In this document: positions 9,458-18,842 of the stretch, piece after piece | How positions within the stretch are numbered: the stretch's first letter is position 1 | Layout: every line of letters starts with the position of its first letter | DNA from: a bacterium | Lineage (GTDB): Bacteria; Armatimonadota; Zipacnadia; Zipacnadales; Zipacnadaceae | Direction of reading: 5' to 3' | NCBI GenBank assembly: GCA_030602615.1 | Contig: JAUVZM010000005.1 | Location: 5,094-69,093, forward strand | DNA length: 64,000 nucleotides | The notes under the pieces: generated by a model | Database searches by the model: none | What the model saw: only the letters and a program-made list of their open reading frames with translations | What the model was told of the DNA's origin: nothing | Made by a program: the position numbers and the translations under genes

Positions 9458-10597
9458 CTAGAAGCGGCGTCTACTGCTCCTGTCGTGGCGGCGTTTGCGG
9501 CGCTCGCGCCGCTCTTCGCGCTTTTCCTCCTGGGCGTCCTCTTTAGCCTGCTGGATAGCATCTTCGCTGCTTACCTTCTCTGGTTCGCTCTTTTTCTCTG
9601 TGATCTGCTTCGGGCCGCCACCTCCCTCGCTGGCGGTTGCGCCGACGTAGGCGGGTCGCCGGCGGCGCTGCCTGGCAGTGACCTCGTCACGCTCCCACGC
9701 TACCACAATGGGGCTGGCAATGAATATGGAAGAGTATGCGCCGCTGGCAATCCCAACAATCAACGCCAGCGAGAATGCGTGGATGGCCGGCCCACCAAAG
9801 AAGAATAGAGCAATCAGAGCAAACAATGTTGTGACAGTAGTGTTGATCGAACGGGTCATTGTCTGCAGCAGGCTGGTGTTAGCAATCTCGGCAAATAGGC
9901 CGCCCCGATACAGCCGCATATTCTCCCTGATGCGGTCGAAGATCACCACGGAGTCATTTATTGAATAACCAATAATCGTCAGTATCGCCGCCACGAACTC
10001 GCTATTCAACTCAGCACCCAGCAGCGACATCACTCCGACCACTATTAACACGTCGTGGACGATGGCCACAACCCCAGCGACTCCGAAGCGCAGCTCATAG
10101 CGAATGGCAATGTAGATAAGGATCAGAATAGCACCAAGGATCAGCGCTAGCAGTGCGGTGTTGCGCAGCCGCTTGCCTACTATCGGGCCAACCAGATCGC
10201 GGCCCAAAACCTTGGGAGTGCCAGCCCGATCGCCGAAAAGCTCCCGGAGCCCTCCAGCTACTTGCTCAGCCTGCTGGGCAGCGGTATCTTCGTCCTGGGT
10301 GGCAGTGCGGATAAGCAATTCCGTCGTACCGGAGACCTGTATCTGACACTTGCTCAATCCATACTCATCGAGCATAGCCCGAGTTTGGGCAACAACAGTG
10401 GCAGCCGAATGCTGCGAATCCGTCAGCGAACGCTCAAAGCCATAGTTCACCAGTGTGCCCCCGGTGAAGTCTATGCCGTAGTTCATGCCCTTGCCAATCC
10501 AACTGATCAGCCCGGCACCTATCACGACCAGCGAGACAATCAACCACAGCCGGCTGCGGCCGATAATGTCGAAATTACTGCGGCGAAAAAAGTCCAA
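9458..10597 (-). CDS. secF: protein translocase subunit SecF, with a ~75-aa highly charged C-terminal tail
   Basis: Six transmembrane helices carry the SecF motifs GIDFTGG and GYSINDSVVIFDRIRE. A K/E/R-rich tail (EEKREERRERRKRRHDR) follows. The gene is immediately downstream of secD. Confidence 0.85.
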   Translation of the reverse strand: MDFFRRSNFDIIGRSRLWLIVSLVVIGAGLISWIGKGMNYGIDFTGGTLVNYGFERSLTDSQHSAATVVAQTRAMLDEYGLSKCQIQVSGTTELLIRTATQDEDTAAQQAEQVAGGLRELFGDRAGTPKVLGRDLVGPIVGKRLRNTALLALILGAILILIYIAIRYELRFGVAGVVAIVHDVLIVVGVMSLLGAELNSEFVAAILTIIGYSINDSVVIFDRIRENMRLYRGGLFAEIANTSLLQTMTRSINTTVTTLFALIALFFFGGPAIHAFSLALIVGIASGAYSSIFIASPIVVAWERDEVTARQRRRRPAYVGATASEGGGGPKQITEKKSEPEKVSSEDAIQQAKEDAQEEKREERRERRKRRHDRSSRRRF

Positions 10598-10640
10598 GTC
10601 AAGTAAACCTCCTCAGCAAATAGCGGCGAGAATACCAAGC

Positions 10641-12638
10641 CTATTGCTCTGCGCGGGGTTTGACCCCGTAAAGGGACAGATTCTGTCCCAATGAGGTCCG
10701 CCCTACCATCGTGATCATCCAGCGAGTCACCGTCACCGCGGTAAACAGCGACACACAGATTCCCAAAAACAGCACCACCGCGAAACTCTTAATCAGGCTG
10801 GTACCCAAGAAGTACAGCACTGCTGCCACAATGAGCGTAGTCACATTGGCGTCGAGGATGGCCGTCCAGGCGCGGTTGAATCCCGCCTCGACAGCCGAGC
10901 GCATGGTGCGCCCCGACCACAATTCCTCTTTCAGCCGCTCATAGATGATAACATTGGCATCCACGGCAAACCCAATTGACAGGATCAAGCCGGCTACCCC
11001 CGGCAGCGTCATAGTTGCTCCGACGAAGACCAGCACTGCCAGCAGCAAAAGTACGTACAAGATGAGCGCGACCCCCGCTACCATCCCCGGCAGGCGGTAG
11101 AATCCGATCATAAACAGAATCACAAATCCAAAAGCAATACCACCAGCGATTAGGCTACGGTTGATGGTATCCTGGCCCAGCGTGGCGCTGACGGTGCGAT
11201 TCTCGGCGATCTCCAGAGGCACCGGCAGGGCACCAGCATTCAGCAGCAGGGCGATATCGCCGGCCTCCTGCGCGTCGAAACTACCCTCAATCACACCCCG
11301 GCCCCCCGTGATAGGACTGCGAATGACTGGAGCCATCTGGCACTCCTCATCCAGCACGATGGCCATTATCCTGCCCACGTTGCGACGGGTGAAGTCGCCG
11401 AAAGCGGTTGATTTCTCAGCCCTCAGCTCAAAGGCAACCACAAAGTCCATGGCCTGGCCGGGCTGAGGCCGGGCATTGCTCTTCAGATCAGCGCCGGTGA
11501 AGGCCTGCTCGGAGCTGTGATAGACCTGCTGCCAGGGTACCACGTCATTGCTGGCCTCGTCTATCCACTGGCTGTAGTCACCAGCTTCCGCCGCCCCCCC
11601 AGCGAGGGTGTAGCGCGCAGGAATGAGTCGAAATTCAAGCTGAGCTGTGCTCTGAAGAATACCCAGTACGCGCTGGGGATCCTTGACGCCAGGTAGCTCG
11701 ACGATAATCTGGTCGTCGCCCTGCTGCTGAATGACCGGCTCGCGGATATCGCTCATCGCGTACAGACGCCGGCTTACAATATTCTTGACCTTGTCGGCGG
11801 TATTCTTCCCGATAAAGACAGTCTCTGGGTCCTTCTTTTTAATCTCCACCCCCGGATAGTTGCTCTGCAGGAATTGGTAAACTATCTCCTGATGCTTCTC
11901 GACAGTACTTTTGTCATTTGCTCGCGTCCTTACTACCAGTAGACCGGGTGTCGGCACCTCCACAGTGATCTCATCGGCGGGCACCCCCTTACGCACCAGC
12001 ACGGCCTTGACTTTTTCCCGCAGGCTGGCCCGCGTTTCCCCGGGCTGATAGCCCTGGAGCTGGTTTGACTCGTCCTCCGTGGCGGCCTCCTGGTCAAGCC
12101 TCACCAGCGGCTTGTCCTCAGGTGAAGTAAAATGCATGGTAGCCTGGGACAGACAGCGCAGCACTACGTGAGCTCCCCCCTGCAGATCCAGTCCCAGCTT
12201 AATCTGGGGGCTTGGCGGATAAATAGCCAGATTGTCAAACGGCTGCCACAGGGGTTGCTGGCCCGCTTGTGAGGGTGGTGTTTGCGGCTGGCCAACTCCC
12301 TCAAAGTTCTCCTGCAGAATCTGGGTGACTGCTTGTTTGTCTTTCTGTGCCTCTTCATCGGTAACCGCCGCAGTCTCGACTTCCAGCGTGGAGTTATCAA
12401 GCAGAGTCACCGACATAGTGACCACACCGGCCTCTTCCAGCAGCTTCTGAATCTGCTCGGACTTGGCAAAGCGCTGGGCTGCATCAGAAACCAGCGGCTC
12501 AGCAAACGGGTAGCGGAAGGTGCTCTGTACGGTAAAGCCACCTCCCTCCGGAGATTGGATTGGGGCAAACCCCATCAGGAAACTAACAGCAAACAGAAGA
12601 ATGATTGTTGCAATCCAATATTTGTGCCGAGCTGGCAT
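10641..12638 (-). CDS. secD: protein translocase subunit SecD
   Basis: An N-terminal transmembrane helix and a large periplasmic P1 domain are followed by the C-terminal 5-transmembrane bundle with SecD/SecF family motifs. The gene is upstream of secF. Confidence 0.85.
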   Translation of the reverse strand: MPARHKYWIATIILLFAVSFLMGFAPIQSPEGGGFTVQSTFRYPFAEPLVSDAAQRFAKSEQIQKLLEEAGVVTMSVTLLDNSTLEVETAAVTDEEAQKDKQAVTQILQENFEGVGQPQTPPSQAGQQPLWQPFDNLAIYPPSPQIKLGLDLQGGAHVVLRCLSQATMHFTSPEDKPLVRLDQEAATEDESNQLQGYQPGETRASLREKVKAVLVRKGVPADEITVEVPTPGLLVVRTRANDKSTVEKHQEIVYQFLQSNYPGVEIKKKDPETVFIGKNTADKVKNIVSRRLYAMSDIREPVIQQQGDDQIIVELPGVKDPQRVLGILQSTAQLEFRLIPARYTLAGGAAEAGDYSQWIDEASNDVVPWQQVYHSSEQAFTGADLKSNARPQPGQAMDFVVAFELRAEKSTAFGDFTRRNVGRIMAIVLDEECQMAPVIRSPITGGRGVIEGSFDAQEAGDIALLLNAGALPVPLEIAENRTVSATLGQDTINRSLIAGGIAFGFVILFMIGFYRLPGMVAGVALILYVLLLLAVLVFVGATMTLPGVAGLILSIGFAVDANVIIYERLKEELWSGRTMRSAVEAGFNRAWTAILDANVTTLIVAAVLYFLGTSLIKSFAVVLFLGICVSLFTAVTVTRWMITMVGRTSLGQNLSLYGVKPRAEQ

Positions 12639-13001
12639 CCTTGCCTCTCCTTTGGTATGCCGAAAACAGTCGCAGGCAGTACATTCAATACGTAACCCGC
12701 CAGTCTATGATGTAACCGAGGCCGGGATAGTAAACCCGGCCCCGGCCAACTAAACCAGCCAGGATTGTGACATCCAAGCCGCACCACCGGCAGCGGCCAA
12801 AGACTGAACAATAGGCGGGAGCATTATAAGTCTGTGCGGTCAAACTGTCAAGCGCACCGCCGGCCAACTGACTTGACAAACCCGGCGATTGCAGCTACTC
12901 TCTTATGACGCGTAGGAGCTGGCCCACACGAGCAGACCCGGTCATCGCAAGCCAGAGGGCCTCAGCCCCAAACTTCAAAGTGACACATCAGGAGACCGCC
13001 T

Positions 13002-13829
13002 GTGCCTGAGTATACTGTGGCAGTGGCGCTGTCCAACCCCGCCAACGTTCCCAAACTTATTCACATTGCCGCACTGATAGCCACAGAACACAGTGGTGGG
13101 CTTGTGGTCACCAGCGTAGTGCCTGCTCCCGATGAAGAGGGGCTGACCGCTGACGCTGATCCCGATGCTTTTGACAAGGCTCAGAGCCTGGTTCAGCGCG
13201 GCTACGAGGCAGCCCTGACTCGCGGCATTCAGTGCGACAGGCGCGTGGCCGTCGGCCAGCATATCCATGAAGGTATTATTAATGTTGCCGAAGGCCACCA
13301 GGCCAACCTGCTGGTGATGGGAATGTCGGAGTCTCTCCATCCCCTACTGGAGGCATCCGACATAGAGTTTGATCGCGTAGTTGACGCAGTATCGGCTCAT
13401 GCGCCGTGCAATGTACTGGTAGCCAAGTTTCGTGACGGCACGCATTTCGATAGCGCTCTGGTCTGGGTATCGGACCATATTGATTTCAGGATGGCTGAAC
13501 AAGTCATCGTCCCGCTACATCGCCAGGCCGGAGTTGAGATCGAGTTTGTAAATTTCGCGGCCTCTCAGCAGCAAGTCGGGCAGGCCCGCACACAAGTCAA
13601 CCAGAGGTTGGAAGAGGCCGGGCTCACTGGCTATGGTCACCTCACAGTCCAGGTCGGTGAAGAGACCGCTGATGCCATCATCGAGGCCAGCAAGACCTAT
13701 GACCTGATTCTTCTCGGGACTCCCCCATTGCACCAGCTTGAACGCCGGTTGCTGGGATCGGTCGCTGAGCAGGTGGTGCACAACGCCTATTGCACCACTT
13801 TGGTGATGCGGCCTGCTGAGAAGGGTTGA
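13002..13829 (+). CDS. tandem universal stress protein (two UspA domains)
   Basis: Two UspA-like halves are present, each with LLV.G...G.. and G(S)V motifs. The C-terminus reads LILLGTPPLHQLERRLLGSVAEQVVHNAYCTTLVM. Confidence 0.75.
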   Translation: MPEYTVAVALSNPANVPKLIHIAALIATEHSGGLVVTSVVPAPDEEGLTADADPDAFDKAQSLVQRGYEAALTRGIQCDRRVAVGQHIHEGIINVAEGHQANLLVMGMSESLHPLLEASDIEFDRVVDAVSAHAPCNVLVAKFRDGTHFDSALVWVSDHIDFRMAEQVIVPLHRQAGVEIEFVNFAASQQQVGQARTQVNQRLEEAGLTGYGHLTVQVGEETADAIIEASKTYDLILLGTPPLHQLERRLLGSVAEQVVHNAYCTTLVMRPAEKG

Positions 13830-13922
13830 GGGCGGCGACTCGAGTAATTTGCAGAATTCTGAGTTAGCGGGGAGGAGAGCGGAGGGCAAACGGAGAACTA
13901 GTAGAGGAAACACAGGTAGGAG

Positions 13923-14537
13923 GTGCAGGTGAGCAACGAGTTTGATGACCTGAATCTGGATATAGATCAGCCGGAGCCAGCCCCAAGGAGCCGTCGTCGG
14001 GCTGTGTCCAGCCCACTGTACATGCTGGTGGCGGTACTTCTTGCCGGAGCCTGCGCTTATCTGGTGTGGCTGCATGGTGAGAACCGCGTGCTCATACAGC
14101 TTCTCCAAGAGCAACAGCAACGAGCCCGAGACCAGTATGAGAAGTTGAGGGGCCCCAGCAAAGAGGTCAGAGAAGCCCTCACTGAACTGGCCGACCACGC
14201 TGCCTCCGAGACGACACTGCATCATAGTCTGGGAAATCGCAAACAGGCGTTGGCGGACCTGGACCGCGCCCAGAAGCTGCTCCAGCTAGCCGACGATCTG
14301 AAAACGTGCAACTGTCCGTCCGAAACTGCATCTATCCAGGCAGTGCAGAATAAGCTCGACAAGCTCATGGCAGACCTGCAACCCACTGAGCAAGAACTGT
14401 CAGAACTTGTGCCCACAGAAGGGGCCAGTAGCGAGCAAGCCGACGCAACGTCGGCAGAAGCAAAGACGCCCCAACCTCAGCCGGAACAGCCCAGCAAATC
14501 CGGCGAGCAACACTCTGTAGATGAGCCCGATGCCTAA
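13923..14537 (+). CDS. hypothetical membrane-anchored coiled-coil protein
   Basis: One transmembrane helix (LYMLVAVLLAGACAYLVWL) precedes heptad-rich helical segments and an acidic P/Q/E-rich tail. No family was recognised. Confidence 0.45.
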   Translation: MQVSNEFDDLNLDIDQPEPAPRSRRRAVSSPLYMLVAVLLAGACAYLVWLHGENRVLIQLLQEQQQRARDQYEKLRGPSKEVREALTELADHAASETTLHHSLGNRKQALADLDRAQKLLQLADDLKTCNCPSETASIQAVQNKLDKLMADLQPTEQELSELVPTEGASSEQADATSAEAKTPQPQPEQPSKSGEQHSVDEPDA

Positions 14538-14538
14538 T

Positions 14539-14761
14539 ATGTGCCTGATAGCAGTTGTAGTGACGCTCCTGGTTAGTGCTGTCGTTGTTTCGGCGGGAAC
14601 CGTCAATGATGGGCTACAGCGGATTGCTGATGGTTCCGACCACTGACACCCTGAGCGACGGGGGCTACAATGTCGCGATAAGTAGCAGTGAATTGAGCGA
14701 CTGGGATGACCGCGCTTACATTGCCAACTTCGGCCTGCAGTGGCAGATGATCTTCGAGTAG
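14539..14761 (+). pseudogene. frameshifted remnant of an SLH-porin paralog (signal peptide plus terminal beta-barrel strands)
   Basis: Frame 1 encodes a signal peptide MCLIAVVVTLLVSAVVVSAG that stops at 14649. The +1 frame continues to ...DWDDRAYIANFGLQWQMIFE, which mirrors the C-terminus of the 15222 porin (...DLIGLQWQMMFD). Confidence 0.35.
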
Positions 14762-14904
14762 CTGGCCATTGCTGTTGCCTGCTACCTCCTAACGGAGGAT
14801 AGCAGCACCTTAGTTGGCCAAGAGCAACTAAGCACAACGGGGACTCGGGCAACCGAGTTCCCGTTGTTCATTTACGAGTCCTGTCCAGTGCTACACCACA
14901 AGGT

Positions 14905-14933
14905 TGACAGAAAGGGGAAACTATGATATAGTG
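14905..14933 (+). promoter_or_regulatory. sigma-70-type promoter (TTGACA-17-TATAGT) upstream of the SLH porin
   Basis: TTGACA at 14905-14910 is followed by a 17-nt spacer and TATAGT. It lies about 290 nt upstream of the porin ATG, implying a long 5' leader. Confidence 0.4.
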
Positions 14934-15221
14934 TTTAGTGTTCGTCGTGACATGATGCATTGCGCGGCGATCCTCTGAGCACTCAATCGCACTGCCTGTC
15001 CAAACTGGCCAGGAAGGGAGGGTACCTCAAGGCCTGACCGGTAGTTGGTCAGCGGTTGAGAAGCCAAGCGAGTTGTACGCCGACAAGGGGCAATAGTGCG
15101 AGGAAACATAGGACACTCACCGGATCGTCCCAGTCGGACTGTGGGCTTGCTTGGATGAAGTGAAGACGTGTTGTCATCACTTCCTTGGAGTCTTCATAAT
15201 ATGAAAGAGAGGATAAGATAA

Positions 15222-16610
15222 ATGACCAAGCACAGAGTACTGTTGTGTTTAGTTGTTGTAGTGCTCGCAGCCCCAGCTTATGCTGGAGGTGACCCCGTTG
15301 GAACGGTCCCCCCTGATCACTGGGCCTACGACGCTGTCAAGGAGCTGGTGGACGCGGGAATACTGATCGGTTATCCCGACGGGGCCATTCGTGGCAATCA
15401 GCCCATGACTCGGTACGAGTTCGCGATGGCCATCAGCCGCCTGATGGCTGCCCTCGAAATGACGGGTGTCGCTGGTCCCCAGGGCCCCGCCGGCCGGCAC
15501 GGTGCCACTGGCCCAGCAGGTCCGGCTGGTGCCCATGGCCCGGCATCGGCAGCGCCACCTGCTACAGTGGTAGCAGCCGCGCCCGCAGGTGCCACCGCGG
15601 CAGCTCCTGCCGCCAGCGATAAGTGGTACGACCGGATGTCGGTTGACGGGTACTTGCAAACGCGCTATGAGGACCGGGATATGGGTTCTTCTTCTGGCCC
15701 CAGCGCTGCGAACATGGGCAGCGATGGTGAGCATGACGGGTTTTACCTGCCGCGTTTGCATGTCAGCCTGCGGGCCGATGTCAACGAGCGAACCAAGGCC
15801 GTAGTGACCTGGTCACGTCTGGGCAGTACGAGCTCGCGGCCGCAGTGGACCACTGACTGGACGGACATCTACCTGGACTACGCTTATAGCGACAAGTGGA
15901 CAGTCCGCCTCGGCCAGGCGCCCAACTGGTTTGGGCTGGAGGGCGCGCAAGACTCTTCGGACCGCATGTCCCTGGAGCGAGCTGCCTTCCTGACTCGTAT
16001 CCCCGAAACTGGCGGGCCGGGCTGGAAGGACGGAGTGTACCACGCAGGTCGGTGGGACCGCGGCGTGTGGTTCGTCCGCCATCGCAAGAGCACCGGCGGG
16101 CCTCAGATCATACTGGGCCTAACTAACGGTAGCTTCCGGGATGTGGAGGGCAATAGCAACAAGACCCTATCGGCAGATCTGAAGTGGAAGCGGCCCTGGG
16201 GGCAGTACGGGGTTAGTTGGCTGGATGGCAAGACCAGTTATTCTCCGGACAGGGACCGCAACGCGCTGCTGGGGTATGTGCGCTGGGCGCGACCTGACCA
16301 GCGTTGGGCGGCACAGGCCGAGTATATGGACGGCAAGCTGCACGGCGACAACGTCGACGGCTGGTATGGCCAGTTCGAGTATCGGTTGACGAAGAATCCG
16401 ACGTGGGCCTTCGTCAAGTTGGAGGAGTTTAACCCCACGGACGATGCCAAGTACGATGCTGTGCACCTCGGTCTGACCAAGCAGCTAGACGCGAACAACG
16501 AACTCACCCTGCAGTGGACCGATGCCGATTGCGATTACAGGCGTAGAGGCAGTGATAGGACCCGCAAGAAGGACCTAATCGGCCTGCAGTGGCAGATGAT
16601 GTTCGACTAG
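15222..16610 (+). CDS. SLH-domain outer-membrane porin (OmpM/Slp-like) with a collagen-like linker
   Basis: A signal peptide is followed by the SLH motif PPDHWAYDAVKELVDAGILIGYPDGAIRGNQPMTRYEFA. Eight consecutive Gly-X-Y triplets follow (GPQGPAGRHGATGPAGPAGAHGPA). The C-terminal region is rich in alternating aromatics and ends with an F-terminal beta-barrel signature. Confidence 0.75.
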   Translation: MTKHRVLLCLVVVVLAAPAYAGGDPVGTVPPDHWAYDAVKELVDAGILIGYPDGAIRGNQPMTRYEFAMAISRLMAALEMTGVAGPQGPAGRHGATGPAGPAGAHGPASAAPPATVVAAAPAGATAAAPAASDKWYDRMSVDGYLQTRYEDRDMGSSSGPSAANMGSDGEHDGFYLPRLHVSLRADVNERTKAVVTWSRLGSTSSRPQWTTDWTDIYLDYAYSDKWTVRLGQAPNWFGLEGAQDSSDRMSLERAAFLTRIPETGGPGWKDGVYHAGRWDRGVWFVRHRKSTGGPQIILGLTNGSFRDVEGNSNKTLSADLKWKRPWGQYGVSWLDGKTSYSPDRDRNALLGYVRWARPDQRWAAQAEYMDGKLHGDNVDGWYGQFEYRLTKNPTWAFVKLEEFNPTDDAKYDAVHLGLTKQLDANNELTLQWTDADCDYRRRGSDRTRKKDLIGLQWQMMFD

Positions 16611-16667
16611 CCGAGAGACGGACGCTTGGGTTGATTCAATCAGCACAAGCAATAGACACCTACCGGG

Positions 16668-16693
16668 CCGGTGGCCCTCCACAGGGCCACCGG
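16668..16693 (+). terminator. terminator-like hairpin after the SLH porin (11-bp GC stem, 4-nt loop, weak U tract)
   Basis: The hairpin ccggtggccct-ccac-agggccaccgg lies 58 nt after the stop codon. Confidence 0.35.
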
Positions 16694-16930
16694 CTCGTTG
16701 GTGCAAGCCATGAGACTCCCGCAGTCAGCACTACAGTGACCTACGACGGCCAGACCGCGGAGCTATCTTCGGTACCGTACCTGCTGGCTGGGGGAACTGC
16801 GATGATGCGGTGGGACGCATCTCTTTCGGGAAGTAGGCGATTACTTCAGTAGTTGCGCACCAAGCACAAACTATCCATGCTCCAGCGCACGCTGGAGCAT
16901 GGGTTTCTCCAGGACCCTGGCAGCTACTGC

Positions 16931-17401
16931 CTACTCCTCTATGTCTACCTCAATGACAGACGCGTTCTCCTGCGCCGACAGCTCGTGCTTCGGCCTCTCC
17001 CGGTTTTCGTAACGCACGGTGATAAAGTGTATCAGAAGTAGCGCCAGTCCAACGGCGGCCAGGATGACAGATAGGCCCGCACTCTCGGACTGTGGCCCTC
17101 CGAAAGGCGCGATGGCGAATGCCCCGGCAACGAACAACAGCACGATGCCCGCCTTGAGGTTGCGCAGCCGACCTCTACCCAGAGCGAACAGACCGCCTGC
17201 GATTCGTGCCGCGGGCCTTTCGGGCAGTTCCAGCGGTGGCAGGTCGGTCACCCCTTTTTCAATCAGCAGTTTGCGCTCTTCCAGAATAAGCTGCAACTGA
17301 CGGTGATGGAGCCACCTTGAGTAAGCAGCCATCCCAAAAACGGCCAGAACCGGAATGCCAACGACAATCACTAATACGCCCATGACAGCTATTCCTTCCA
17401 T
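16931..17401 (-). CDS. hypothetical membrane protein (3 predicted transmembrane helices)
   Basis: Hydrophobic segments are present and the coding GC3 bias is maintained. No family was recognised. Confidence 0.4.
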   Translation of the reverse strand: MEGIAVMGVLVIVVGIPVLAVFGMAAYSRWLHHRQLQLILEERKLLIEKGVTDLPPLELPERPAARIAGGLFALGRGRLRNLKAGIVLLFVAGAFAIAPFGGPQSESAGLSVILAAVGLALLLIHFITVRYENRERPKHELSAQENASVIEVDIEE

Positions 17402-17572
17402 TGAGTCCTGCCTCCTATCTTACGCAGTGGTCGTGTCTTTTCGTTCGATAGCTTAGATGCCACCCTCCGGATCAAAGGTTGCAGTCAGCGGCGCGAAGAA
17501 GTATCATAGCGAGTGCAACCAAATCACGCTCGTGCGGCATCTAATCCACAAACAGTCAGGGAGATGACAACC

Positions 17573-18238
17573 ATGAATAGTAAGTTGACCGCAGCCGTGG
17601 TAATAATGCTGGTGGTGCTGCCGCTATGTGTCGTGGTAGCCGCCCCGGGCAGCGAGGCGCACGCCGGGGGGGCAGTTGCCCAGGCTCTTAAGCTCGAGAA
17701 GCCGGAGGACCTCGCGACTGTGAAGGGCCTGTCTTACCCGGGCTTCGCCTGTCCCATAATGGTGGAGCTGGACGCTGGTATGTTGAGTATGCTGACGCCA
17801 CTGCTGGAGCAACTGCTCCAGGGCAAGGAAAGTATGCCGGAGCCTCTCGGCAACCTGGGCAAGATGCTGGAGAAGATGACGCCAGAAGCCCGGCAGGTGC
17901 TGAGGCAGGTGCTGCTGAGGGAAGTGCTGGGCAACCTCAAAGGGGTAGCTCTGGCGATCCAGGCGCCCCGTAGCGGCGAGGTCAACGTGTCCAAGGTGAG
18001 CAGCTTCTATCTGCAGCGGGCAACGGCCGCGGGCTGGAAGCAATGCCTGGGTATCGGCCAGGGGGATGGGTCAATTGCGCTATTCCAACTGCCCACTCCC
18101 ATCTCCGCAGACGGCAGTCCGGAGCCGCCGCGTGGCCTGGTCCTGGTCGTGGCAGCCCCCCAGCAGGTCATCGCCGTCGGCCTGTTGGGCCAGTTGGACC
18201 TCGGCAAGCTGCTGCCGCTGCTAGCAATGCTAGGGTAG
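17573..18238 (+). CDS. hypothetical secreted protein
   Basis: A signal peptide MNSKLTAAVVIMLVVLPLCVVVAAPGSEAHA is present. AGGGAG lies 9 nt upstream of the ATG at 17573. No family was recognised. Confidence 0.4.
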   Translation: MNSKLTAAVVIMLVVLPLCVVVAAPGSEAHAGGAVAQALKLEKPEDLATVKGLSYPGFACPIMVELDAGMLSMLTPLLEQLLQGKESMPEPLGNLGKMLEKMTPEARQVLRQVLLREVLGNLKGVALAIQAPRSGEVNVSKVSSFYLQRATAAGWKQCLGIGQGDGSIALFQLPTPISADGSPEPPRGLVLVVAAPQQVIAVGLLGQLDLGKLLPLLAMLG

Positions 18239-18248
18239 ATGGCTCGCA

Positions 18249-18842
18249 ATGGCAATGGATCTCGTCTTTGCTAATCGGCTACTGGCCAGCTTCACTGACC
18301 AGGCGATCACCATCAGTGAAACGGCGCTGGTGGCACTCGCCCGGCAGGGCGACCATCACGCCTTCGAAGTCCTGGTGCGGCAGTACAGGAACCGTGTGTT
18401 GAACGTGGTCTGGCGCATCGTCTCCGATGCCGACGGCGCCCAGGACGTGGCGCAGGAGACATTCATCAAGGCGTACCAGCAACTCCCTCGCTTCCGGGGG
18501 AAGTCCACGTTCGGCACGTGGCTGTACCGCATAGCGGTCAACGAGGCACGCGGGCACCTCCGCGCACGGCGCCGACGGCAGGCCCGCTGGGAAAAGCAAG
18601 GAATGCTGGAAGCAGTTCAGCCGGTGTCTCCCGAGGTTGGCGAACAGGCTGGGCCAATCGTGGGTCTACTGCAGGAACTGCCGGAAAAGCAGCGCATCGC
18701 GCTGGCCCTGTTCTATCTGCAGGAACTGTCCGTGGCCGAGATTGCCCGGGCAGTGCGCGCGCCGACCGGGACGGTTAAGGCGTGGCTGTCTCGCGGTCGG
18801 CAGCGACTGCGAGAACTCGCCCAGGAAAGAGGGCTTCTGTGA
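18249..18842 (+). CDS. ECF-family RNA polymerase sigma factor
   Basis: Region 2 (FEVLVRQY...AQDVAQETFIKAY) and region 4 (LSVAEIARAVRAPTGTVKAWLSRGRQRL) are both present. Confidence 0.8.
   Translation: MAMDLVFANRLLASFTDQAITISETALVALARQGDHHAFEVLVRQYRNRVLNVVWRIVSDADGAQDVAQETFIKAYQQLPRFRGKSTFGTWLYRIAVNEARGHLRARRRRQARWEKQGMLEAVQPVSPEVGEQAGPIVGLLQELPEKQRIALALFYLQELSVAEIARAVRAPTGTVKAWLSRGRQRLRELAQERGLL

Noticed and set aside
16589-16852. 87-aa ORF immediately after the SLH porin
   Set aside because: It overlaps the porin stop and the terminator hairpin, has no RBS or motif, and is most likely non-coding.
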